A DNA stretch of 64,000 nt from Catajapyx aquilonaris. Its lineage: Eukaryota. This document shows positions 37,701-50,000 of this stretch, in pieces; the stretch's first letter is position 1; each line of letters starts with the position of its first letter. Under the pieces are notes generated by a model that ran no database searches, had not been told where the DNA came from, and saw only the letters and a list, made by a program, of their open reading frames with translations. The DNA is taken from positions 62,001 to 126,000 of the forward strand of contig JYFJ02000468.1 of the NCBI GenBank assembly GCA_000934665.2, given 5' to 3'. The translations under genes were made by a program, and so were the position numbers.

Positions 37701-38185
37701 GACCTACACCTGTGTCCTATACAGCGGTGACATTTTCATTACAAAGTGTGTGGAATGTGGGATTCACCCGTTGAAGAACTTACAGTTAGTGGGAGAGACA
37801 ATTCACTTATTATCTCTGCACGTTCCAAAAATAAATACAGTATTGTAAATAAAATGGCACATCAAATTTAAACTCACCAATTTTCTGGGAAATGACGCCC
37901 ACTTTTTATTCAAATTCATCATCTTTGTCCATTATTTTTGTTTCTCCTGTCCCATCATTTCCTGTACTTGTTGGACCTTGACACTCATCATTTCACAAAC
38001 GGTTGCGTAACAAATTCACAAAGATTGAGCGATAGGCTTGAGGACCTATCGTTGCTTGCTGGGTTTCTGGATGCCCTATCCCCCATTTATCTAACCGTTT
38101 TGACGGGTGAGGCTGCGTTAACTCTCAAGCAGTGCAGTGGATGTACCCGTCGAATTCCGGTTTCGGAAAGGATACTTGTATAGGG

Positions 38186-40333
38186 ATGAAGATAACGGCA
38201 TGCCTCAATTTCCTTTTCTCTGCAACTTTATCAGTGGTTTGTAGTGAAATATCAACCTCAGAAACATCGCTCGTGTTACTACAAATGGTAAGTTTAACCT
38301 CCTGAAGCCCAGTTTTTTTTTTTTATTTTTTAAATTTTTTAAATTTTTAAAAAAAAATTTTAACCCCCAATGGCTAGAGGGCTGTACGCTGGGCGTCAGG
38401 AGGTTAAGTCATGCATACATTATGTTAGTCGATTCAACATTTTGGAGAATGAATAAAAAATTATTTTATACTGACAAGACATTAGTTTAAATATGAGTCG
38501 ACTCTATTTCCTAGAAATAACAGTGATCCAGGTTTATGCCATATATTTCAATCACACTGTTGCAGTTATTTCGACATGGCGATCGTAACCCTCGAAAATC
38601 ACTAGGATATAATGACCCGTATCAAAACGAATCGTATTGGCCTGGAGGATTTGGGAATATTAATAACGTAAGTATTTTTATTTTTATTTTTCAGACTATG
38701 TATTTCTATTTATACCTATTCAGTTAATGGCTGGTACGTGTACATCATCACAGGCAGGGAAGAGACGGATGTTCCAGCTGGGCCAAATCCTAAGGGAAAG
38801 GTATGGCTCTTTTTTGGGCAACTACTCGGATTCGATAATTCGCGTGAGAAGCACTGACAAGTCTCGAACTCTAATATCGGCCGCATGTGTTCTGGCCGGC
38901 CTATTTCCACCTGAAGGAGACCAAATCTGGAACCAAGATTTGTTATGGCAACCTATCCCCATACACACCGTGCCTTTAGATGACGAAATGGTAAGATATT
39001 ACTGGATATAACCTGTCAACCATAGCTCTAAAAATAATATTAAAGCCAACACTAACATATATTTGACACTACATAATTATATAGTTAGATGTATTATTAT
39101 TATTCGACAATGTCTAAAATGTCTGGAACCCACGAAGGGTTTCATAATATTATTCATTATAATGTTTCAGAAGTTAAATAATTCTCAAACAAATATTTTA
39201 CAGCTGCTGTTTAATTCCCCTGAATGTCCTGCATACCATGAGGATCAACAATATTACATAAATTCGGAGCCAGTTCAGAGATTATTGAAGCAGAATATTA
39301 CCAAACTGAAACTTTATGAAAACATGACTGGTTTTAAAATCAACTCTATCAAGGATCTTGATGCCTACGACACTGTCTGGACACAAGTATGACTATCATT
39401 TAAGACATTTGTCAAGTGATTGTTATTTCACCTTGTCACCGATAAAATCTTTACATGGTGCAACAAGTTCAGCTGCAGCACAACTACACTCCTCCCAATT
39501 GGGTGTATGAATTTTATCCAGATTGGCTATATTCATTCTACATAGAGTGGAAAATGAATGGCTACACATTTACCAACAGGATGAAGAGAATTATATGTGG
39601 TTTGTATATTTTCGATACATCGTGTCTTTTTGGCGGGTTTATATGCCTAAATTATGCTTAAAAACTGGATATTTCTTGGAAAAAATTCAAGGTCCCATCT
39701 TTCAAGAGTGGAAGATTCACCTAACTCAGCTTCAAGAAGGAACTCTGAATGAAATGAAAGCCTTCTTTTACTCAGCACACGATGATAACATTATTGCCAT
39801 ACGATCTTGCTTCGGATATGAAACCCCATGGCAACCTCCCTTTGGGTCATCCCTTGTGATGGAAGTTCATTATGAACATCTCCGAGGATTCTACGTCAAA
39901 GTAAGTACTGTAACGTACAGGTTCAGTTATTCAGTTGCGTATAACTCAACTATCATTCCTGTTCACAGATGTTGTATCATAATGGCACAGCCTCTGAGTC
40001 CAATGGGATGTGGTCCCGAATGTCCAGTGAAAGATTTCATTGCCAATTTGAACACTTTCATTCCCGAAAGTTGGCATGAAGAATGCTTCGGGAAGCCGCA
40101 TGCTGGTAAGTTATGACTCGTTAGCAAAATGCCAAGTGAAATGCAGTGTACGGTATACGTATACAAAAATTCGAATGATTTGTGACTTGAATTTTTCAGA
40201 CCTCTCTCATGCCATTGGATACTACCTGATCATGGCGATGTATCTGCTAAGTGCTGCCGCGGCAGCTGTTTTAATCGCATTCTGGGCTTATAAAATGAGA
40301 CAGACTAAAAGGAACAAATATCAAAGTTTGTAA
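38186..40333 (+). pseudogene. AP10: acid phosphatase paralog with a 14-nt deletion in exon 7 (frameshifted, possibly rescued by splicing)
   Basis: RHGDRNP and HD intact, tail KYQSL*. Exon 7 reads ggcacag|cctctg where AP12 has ggcacagaaggcgatcctgtgcctctg. Canonical splicing gives TGA at 40077-40079. Confidence 0.7.
38298..38403. mobile_element. piggyBac-like mini-MITE (106 bp) in AP10 intron 1
   Basis: TTAA|cctcctgaagcccag ... ctgggcgtcaggagg|TTAA (TTAA at 38294-38297 and 38404-38407). Absent from paralogous introns. Confidence 0.85.
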
Positions 40334-40856
40334 AACGGCCGCCAATACACAGTATTACACTCCATGGTCGTTTTCAAATATTTTCAATTTCTAATCCATG
40401 TCCGGTTGAAGAATACTAAAAAGGTTGGCCCTCCCCCTCCTTACTTTTGCTAAAACAAAAAGAGGTTATGTAGTCGGCTGAAGACTATGGGTCTGTTATT
40501 TGAGCCTAAATCAGTACCTTGATGTGTTCATTGTGATAGTCTTCATGGTAATTATGTAACTGCTGACATGGTTGTATTTTCAACATATTGCGAAATATGG
40601 ATTACAGGACACTAAACAAGGTTAATCGCATCACAGCTCTGGCATCATTTCGAGAGCGGTTGTATAACAAGCACTCTTTGACAGAGACTGAGCGATAAGC
40701 CTTCAGTCGCATATCATTCCTTGCAAGATGTCGGCAATTTCGCCATTTATTCGGCACTGCAATTTAGATTGGGTAGCTGCATTAACGGATCAAAGTCAAG
40801 AAATCGGACCACTTGTGTGTAACCACCAGTGCCGGGTGTAGGATGCGCCTGCAGTG

Positions 40857-42928
40857 ATGGAAGGAATGGTGTGCCTTACTATCCTTCATGTGGTGACTTT
40901 ATCAGTAGTTCTCACTAAGATAGTTGCTGCAGAACAATCCCTCGTTTTGCTGAACGTGGTAAGTCCCAATCCTACACTTTTCCACGTATTTTTACGCATG
41001 TGGCTGTCCTTTTAGGCAGAAATATTAATATTCGTCTGATATAACATTTTCATCAGTACCTCTGTTTCATATCTGAGTAGCTGTTCCTTTATGCCATTCG
41101 TCTCAGACGACCCACACTTAAGCTGCCCCCAAAATGTGAATAATAATAACCGCACGTTGCAGCTATATTTCATAATATTATAAGTTTCAGTGATTTTTAA
41201 GCCAACGTGAGCCAAAATTATGTCACTTGCTTTTTAGCTGTTTAGACATGGCGATCGCAATCCTCGTAAAACACTAGGATATAACGACCCTTATCAAAAC
41301 GAATCGTATTGGCCAGGAGGCTTCGGAGCTCTTAATAATGTACAGTAAGAATCAGCACATGGAACTGTTTTTAAGCCTTACAAGAATAATGTATTTTCCT
41401 GCACATATTTTCAGGAAGGGAAGAGACGGATGTTCCAGGTTGGTCAGCGACTAAAAGAAAAGTACGGGACATTCTTGGGCAATTATTCAGATTCGAAAGT
41501 CAGGGTAAGAAGCACTGATATGTCTCGAACTCTGATGTCGGCTGAATGTTTTCTGGCCGGTTTGTTTCCACCTGAAGGAGATCAAATCTGGAATCAAGAT
41601 TTGCTATGGCAACCTATCCCCATACACACCGTTCCTTTAGATGAAGATGTGGTAAGATATATTTTTTTCAAAGTCAATCCTTACCTTATCTCTTCCTTAT
41701 CAGAAAAACTTAACTAAAGCCTTTTAACGACCTGAGAAAATAATTTACATGACAAGAGTGGAGATATCATGATATTCTGTGTAGTAACTTGTCGCAATAA
41801 TTTGCAGTCATATAAACAATTCTCCTCTGACAGTTGCTGTATGATTCAGCTGAATGTCCTGCGTATGATGAAGATCTACAAAATTACATAAATTCGGATC
41901 ATGTTCAAAGATTAATGAAACAGAACATTACCGCACTGGAATATTTTGAGAACATGACTGGATTAGCAACCTTCGCTGCTCTTGGTGAAGCTTTCGACAC
42001 CATTCGGATTCAGGTACAGAAACCTCAATCTTAAGAGAGAAGAAATCATACAGCCGATTAAAATTTTAATAAATTCTGCAACAAGTTCAGTTGCGGCACA
42101 ATTACTCTCCTCCTGCTTGGGTTCATGAATTGTACCCAGATTGGTTATATTCATTTTATGAGGACTGGAATAAGAATGGTAGAACCTCTACCACTAGGAT
42201 GAAGAGAATTTTGTGCGGTTTGTTTACTTCTACTATATTTCTTTATGCATTAAAATAATGTACTAAAATGGTATCACTTCACATGTAATAATATTCAAGG
42301 TCCCATATTTGAAGAGTGGAAGATCCAGCTGACTCAGCTTCAAGAAGGATCTCTGAATGAATTGCGAGCCTTTTTTTATTCGGCACACGATACTAACATT
42401 AATGCTGTACGATCTTGCTTCGGATATGAAACGCCATGGGCAGGACTTCCTGATTGTGGGGCATCCCTTGTGATGGAAGTTCATTACGAGCGTCTTCGAG
42501 GATTCTACGTCAAAGTAGACTAAAACCTGCTAATACACTTCCAAGTCCAAACCGCAGTTCACTATATGGTCATTCCTCCACAGATGCTGTATCACAATGG
42601 CACCGAAGGCGATCCTCGTCCTTTAAGCCCGATGGGGTGTGGCTCCGAATGTCCGCTGGATGATTTCATTGCCAATTTGAATTCTTTCATTCCAGAAAGT
42701 TGGCACGAAGAATGCTTTGGGAAGCCACACAATGGTATGCCATCACAAAAAATTCAGACTGAAATTAATATTAATCGTGATATTGAATATTTAGGCCTTT
42801 CGCATGATGTTGGATATTACCTGATCATGGCGATGTTTCTGCTAAGTGCTGCCACAGCCGCCGTGTTAATCACATTCTTGGTATATAAAAAGAGACCGTC
42901 GAGGAGGAGCAAGTATCAAATTTTATAG
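40857..42928 (+). CDS. AP11: type I membrane histidine acid phosphatase
   Basis: LFRHGDRNP, SAHDTNI, TM plus KKRPSRRSKYQIL*. Confidence 0.92.
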
Positions 42929-43867
42929 GTCCGAACGTCCGATATAGCACAGATATGATGCCATCACGCTGTTATTGTCTGGATAATATTATTATCCTCT
43001 CATAATTTAAAATCTATATAATACTGTATTTTTGCGACGCCACATTATAATGTATGCAGCTATATCAAAGAGGACGTGACACTGTTCTCGACTGTTCGTA
43101 ATTTATATAAGAAATACGGGTATTATTGAGCCCCGCGGGGAGGGGTTAACATGTTTTTTCTTCATACCTGACTAGGCCTTATAGGGAAAAGGTCACGGTG
43201 GTGAATAATTGAATGAATTTCAAAATATGGAGCTCATTGAATGTAATACTGTAGATACCTACAGCATTACGATCGAGTATGATATGTAAATTATGTGATA
43301 TTGAAAGGAGGAGGTGAATATATTATCAATATATGTCTTTGGTTTTGCTATGCACTGATAATATTGTTGCGGGGAAATCCCTCTGCAGGATAAGGGATCC
43401 TATAGCTTAAACAAAAACTGTCTTGTCTAATCGTTATTTCAATTTATGAAAGGATATGCAATGTATGTATGTTTACATATCTTGCGAAAACTTGTGTAAT
43501 AAATATTTTTGCTTAACAAATAGAGTCCTTCATGTAACATAGTTAAGGAATTATACTTATTGTTGTCCTATTCACCGCATTTTTATCGTAATAGGAACTA
43601 ACTGCAACGGACAGCAAGAGATTCGTCTATATGATTAGTCTGTGTTTCACTACATATCAGTATATCACTATGTCACAGACGGTTTCGTCACCAGTAACGG
43701 TTCAGAGATTGAGCGATTGAGTCCTATCATTTCTAGCTGGATATTCTATCACTATTTATCTCACCACATTTGTAAATGGTGCAGCTGCGTGAACCCATCA
43801 CTACTATACAGACCTTCACGTAATGTCTGGATTTGGGTACAGGAAGACTGAAGTGGTGCCCAGGGTG

Positions 43868-45860
43868 ATGTTTCATCATTTCCTGTTTTGTGTAATTTTA
43901 TCAGTAGTAGCCAGTGAGATAAAAGGTGCAGAGCAGTCGCTCGTCTTATTAAATGTGGTAAGTCCAATTTTGTGTTAGCCTACGTCTATAAGAAAGAAAC
44001 AAAATATAAGTTTGAAGTTTGAGATCATAAGCTTACGTTACTTTCTTTATAAACGTGAGTAATTATCCAGTCATTATTAAAGAAACCTGAGCCAAATATA
44101 TTTTGTATTCACCAATCGCAATTTTCCAGCTGTGGAGACATGGAGATCGCAATCCTCGTAAAACACTAGGTTATAACGACCCTTATCAAAACGAATCTTA
44201 TTGGCCATCAGGAGGCTTCGGAAGTCTTAACAATGTAAGAATCAGCATATGAAACTGAATTTTTATTGTATTTTCAAAAACATAAGATTAATGTGTTTGT
44301 CTATGCATGATATCAGGAGGGGAAGAGACGGATGTTCCAGATGGGTCAAGGACTCAGAGAGAAATACGGGACATTTTTGGGTAATTACTCAGATGCGACA
44401 GTCCGTGTGAGAAGCACTGATAAGTCTCGAACCCTGATGACAGCCGAGTGTGTTCTGGCAGGCCTCTTTCCACCTGAAGGAGAACAAATCTGGAATCAAG
44501 ATTTGCTATGGCAACCTATCTCAATACACACCGTTCCTTTAGATGAAGACGTGGTAAGAGTCTCCATACTGATTCAATAAAACAATGAGTAAGACACCAT
44601 TTTGCTGATTGACTTAGACAATAATGCGCTGTACAATGATAGCTGTAATTGTGATAATTATCATCTTTTGAGTTATTAATCTGTGCATGTGTTGCCTATT
44701 CGTCATTTTATTTGCAGAATACAAATATTGAATTCTAACTAAAATATCTAACAGTTGCTGTATGATTCAGCTGAATGCCCAGGATATGACGAAGACCAAC
44801 AGAATTATTTCAAATCCGACGAAGTTCAGCAACTATTGAAACAGAATATTACCAAGCTGGAACGTTTCAAGAACATGACTGGCTATCCAGTCGACACTAT
44901 CAAGGAGATAGTTGACATTTACGACACCGTTAGGATTCAGGTACGACAGCAACGAATCAATTGGTTATCTTAATATATTGACTGCCTATCATATCTTCCT
45001 TATGTAACAAGTACAGCTGCAGCACAACTACACTCCTCCGACTTGGATTTACGAATTTTATCCAGATTGGGTGTATCCATTTTATGAGGTGTGGCACAAA
45101 AACGCTAGAACTTACACTACCAGGATGAAGCGAGTTTTATGTGGTGTGTTTGCTTTTAATGTTATAAAAGATACTTCTCCTTTTTGCTGCTGGGCTGTTC
45201 TAAAATGGACTTTTCATGTGATCATCAAGGCCCGATATTTGAAGAGTGGCGGACCCATCTACTACAGCTCCAGAATGGAACACTGAACGAAATGAAGGCT
45301 TTCCTTTACTCTGCACATGATAATAACATTATTGACATACGATCTTGCTTCGGATATGAGACACCTTGGGTACCTCCCTTTGGGTCATCCCTTGTGATGG
45401 AAGTTCATTATGGACACCTCCGAGGATTCTACATCAAAGTAAGTTCCAAGTCATTCAATTCTCCCATTATTTGTAGTAACTCTCTTATGGTCATTCCTCC
45501 ACAGATGTTGTATCACAATGGCACAGAAGGCGATCCTGTGCCTCTGAGTCCGATGGGGTGTAGTCCTGAATGTTCGCTGGATGAATTCATTCCTTATTTG
45601 AATCCTTTCATTCCCGAAAGTTGGCATGAAGAGTGCTTCGGAAAGCCACATACTGGTAGGGAAGCAGAAGCATAATGATAAAGTGAAATGCAATAAAAAT
45701 ATGATTAATTTTATTTGACTTTACAGGCCTTTCCCATGACATTGGCTATTACCTGATCATGGCGATGTATATTCTAAGTGCTGCAATGGGCGGCTTATTA
45801 GTCGTATTCTTGGCGTATAAAAGGAGACCGTCAAAGAAGAACAAATACGAACTTTTATAG
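43868..45860 (+). CDS. AP12: type I membrane histidine acid phosphatase (alternative in-frame ATG at 43823)
   Basis: LWRHGDRNP, SAHDNNI, TM plus KRRPSKKNKYELL*. Confidence 0.92.
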
Positions 45861-46431
45861 TACCCCAAAAAGAACATTTACCGAACCCCTATGTGTACTG
45901 TACACTGCTCAGTCCATATGTACTGTCACGACTTTTATTTACAGTATGTGCAGTATTGCATTCTACTGGAGCTGCAATTTATTTGGTGATAAAGAAAGCA
46001 TCATTTATTTTTGAAATAGACGCTGGTTCTCGCCTAAAGATCAGTAAAGTGTGAGGAGGTGGTGAATACGTACATAGTATAGAGCCACCTGTTGGGTGTT
46101 GCAATCGTCTCCATGCGTTATGTTGTCATAATACTAATATTACGTTGACGTTGATTTACGTAATACCGCAAGGTGCCACCATAGAAAGTTATGAATCCTT
46201 GTAGAATCTATTTTACATAAACCATGGTTGTATAGGCAATTTATCTTCGACATACCTTTTGCTGCATCATTATTGCATTACCGTTTACCGGAGTTCCGGA
46301 GAAAAACATTTTCTGGTGCTGTATGTACAGTACAAGTGACCGAAGTGAGGCCCACTCTTCAGCCATAAACGCTATACCAAGGAGAGAGTTTTCCCTAACC
46401 TGCACTTTACTGGAGTGCTGATGGTTGTGTA

Positions 46432-46641
46432 CAGGGTGTCTCAACTTTTTTGTCCGAACAGTTATCGGAAAAGCCTATGTATCTTCTAGCTATGTAGTCA
46501 GAATATGCCCCAACATTCCTGGCACATTCCTCAACTGATAAAGCCAGGGAAGCATCACTGGTTGCAAGTCACTGCTAAAAAATAAGCAGCATAGTGCAAT
46601 ATTTCCGATAATTGTTAGGACAAAAAAGTTGAGACACCCTG
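46432..46641. mobile_element. Tc1/mariner-like MITE
   Basis: TA|cagggtgtctcaacttttttgtcc... ~40-bp TIRs ...ggacaaaaaagttgagacaccctg|TA. Confidence 0.88.
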
Positions 46642-47021
46642 TATATAGAACCGGGACGCATTTGTCAGAGACTGTAGTACTCGTACCGATTCGTACTGAT
46701 CATATGGTAAAAGAGCATTAATGTTCTCTAGTTATGTAATTCCGCCAGAAATAATTGCCCGTAACACTTCCGCACTGATCATTTGCAAAAATATTCATTG
46801 CGTAACCATATGTTGGCAATAATTTGTTCCCAACAGGTCACCTGATAATGAACACATTAAATTGCAAAAAGTGCCATAATGAGAAAATGATTTCATCTGT
46901 CACTAGAATGATGTTGTATAATGTTACAGGTATATCCATAGAAACTATCATCGCCGTTATTATTAATTACATGTCCCCAAAGAGTATGCCCTATATGAAA
47001 TCCTCCTCCTAAAATAACATC

Positions 47022-50000
47022 ATGGAGACAGGCAAGGGCAACATGGGCATTTTCTCAACATCTGAGGATTTCAAGAAGAAGAGCAAACCCGACTCATTAG
47101 CAGGGTAAGAAAATCTATCTTTATCAAAATCAGCCCAAGTGAAGGTTTGCTATCGATATTGTTGTGATGTAAGTAAAAACACCGTTATGAACATTTGCGG
47201 TTTAGTACTGCAGTTTTTATGTCCAATGGTCGTAACTATACTATTTGACGTAATAATAAATTATTCCGGTTGCACGCACTTTCTTAATTCTTGTCTGATC
47301 CGTCACCCAGTCATATGCAATCCCTGGGCTACACGCCTCCAAAATACACAGAATGGGTGAACAAACTGGAATCGGTGCAAGTAGAGCTCGCTTCCTACAA
47401 ATTCCAGGACCCTGCTCAAGAAAGGCTGGATAACTTCAGGTACCCTCATTTCTCTGCATAGCTCTTTCTCTAAGGTTCGCTTACTTGTGTACTCTACTTG
47501 CAATTTCACTATGCAGCCTCTCGTTTCTGGAACAACTCAAAGTGGGATATCCAAGCTCAGAAGCAGCTACGCAAACTGATAAAGCATATATGAGAGATGT
47601 CAGAGAGACAGCAGATCGTATGAATGAGATTACTATGGTCAGTTAGCTACAAAATGAAGGTGACACGCTGCTGCAACCAGAGAAGGCTTTTGACATGGCG
47701 AGAGCTATTTTCAACAATGTATAAGCAACATAACTAACTGTTCACATTGCGTCATTGTCCTTCACTGGTTGCAGCCACTCTAGAAATACAATCCAGGGTT
47801 AGATTTTAAAAGACAAGTTGATTACAGGACCTGGCAGAACTTTCAAAGATATTTAGAGGTCGTGTGGAAATGCAAAGCTGCCAAATCAACAATATCATGG
47901 AGATATGTGCCGATAAAGCGTAAGTGCCTGTATAGAGTTACAAATTGTTTGCCCTACAGCCACCAGTTTTTTTAAAGTAACAATCTGAAGGTTGTTGATT
48001 TCAAACTGTTGATGATCGTCAAATTAGTTTCTGTGAGAGTGACAAACATTGCACTATGCTGATGGTCTGTAAGACATACCGATAATAATCAAATGCAAAG
48101 ATTCTCTATTGATATTATTGCAAACAGAAGTAGGGATATGGAAATTATTTTCTTGGCGTATACGAGTGGTATATCTAAGAACATTCAGATATTTGAAGCG
48201 GCTTTACAGGCACAGGAAGCTATTAGAAAGAGTGGAATACACTGAGAGGACGTACCGAGATCGCATCGATGAACTAAGATTGCACTTTTGGGGACTCTTC
48301 GAAGAGTTTGCTTCCCAAAAGGCCAGATCAAACAAGGCCGATTCGATGGGTCTTAGCGCCATTGAAGTAAGGCCATAGTAGATAATAAAATTGTCATTTT
48401 AAGCATTTATGAATCATAAAAATTGCTTCCTAATAACGTAGGCTTCCCAAACTACAGTCCGTAAAACCAAAGAACGATATGACGTCACGTTCAGCCCCAC
48501 CTCTACCCTCCTATCATGTCCCCGAATCACTCTGCAAGCATACTTCTGTTCAAGCTCATAAAGCACGGCTGGTGTGACGTCAGATAGTTCTTTGGCTTAA
48601 AGGACTGTAAGAGGCATATAATCTAACCAGGATTATTTTAACAGTTGATTAATACCTGATCCGGTGTTAATATGTTTATTTTAAATTCGCCCATTAGCGA
48701 GTGAAGAGGTACAAAGCTCTACTGGACTTGGCCGAAGAAGGACTGAAACGTGCTGCCCATACTCTACCTCATGGGGTCCCACAGGAAATGCACGCCAGAA
48801 AATGCCTTCATCGGATAAACGTAGTACGAGACAGGATTAAAGAGGTCATTCAACTTAATATTATATACGTAGTAGCACACAATTATTATTACAAAAATAA
48901 ATAACACATTCCTCACATGCACGCAGGGAGATTTCTTACGATCCGAACTGACAGCAGTAATTGTCCTGAAGGACATCTTGAGGTTTCAGAGCGACTTGTA
49001 CAAATATTTATTTAAAGAAAAAATCAAGATGGAAGCTCAAATGGAGGAGACTGATCGGTTGTATTTTGAGTCTCTGTCAGAAAAAGACGAGGTAAAGTAT
49101 AGTATAAGAATGAAATGGGAGCATCAATCGCCGTCATAAGCTTCCCTCCACAATCATGTTATTCTTATTTATTCACATTTTCTGTGAAGATGCTGGAAGG
49201 CCCTGATTATGACGAACTTCAGGCATCAAAAGCAAAGGAGGCCACTCTGCTCCAGCAACTAGAGGCTTCTAGGGAACAAATCAAGGTGTTTACGAAATTG
49301 GTCAACGAGAAGACAGCAGAATTGAGGGAACTGGAAGACATTCTGTTTTTGAGAGTAAAAGAAAAGGTGAGGTTACGTAAAGTGCATATTCACATTAATT
49401 TTCAGTATGGTTATAAAACTGTGTGGATTCTATACACAAACCTCTCACACTCCACTGTTTTTGTGGAACTGGCACATGACACTACTTCTCACTTGTAGTT
49501 TTGGTGTCAACTTATACACCCAGGTATGGGCTTGAAGACATTTTTTCTCTCCATTAGACTGAAAAACTGAAGCGGCTTGAAGGTCTCCGCAAAGGGTCAT
49601 TTGCAGCATCCAGAAGCAAACGGTCAGATTTTTTGAAATATTCTTCTCTATCTAATATTGTGTCGCTAGGTATAGAGTACTGCTGACTAATTACATTTGT
49701 TCCTGATGCACAATGGTGCACACAAACTTATACGATTAACTTCAAACTGCGAATTGAAGTAAAGCTGTCGTTATCATTACGGACTTGAAGCAGTCTAAAT
49801 ATGAATATCAATCATGAATATGAAGTGTATCATTGCATTGGGTCTTCGCTCATTAGGAAAGACATGATGAAGAAATTACCAGGGGCCAAGTCAGGGGCAC
49901 TCCGAGCAGTCGCATCTCGTCTTCAACCAAAGGTCAAAAGCGAACTATCGAAGGTGGAAAAGAAATTACTCAAAAAGCTCGTTAAGGGCGCCGGCGAAGA

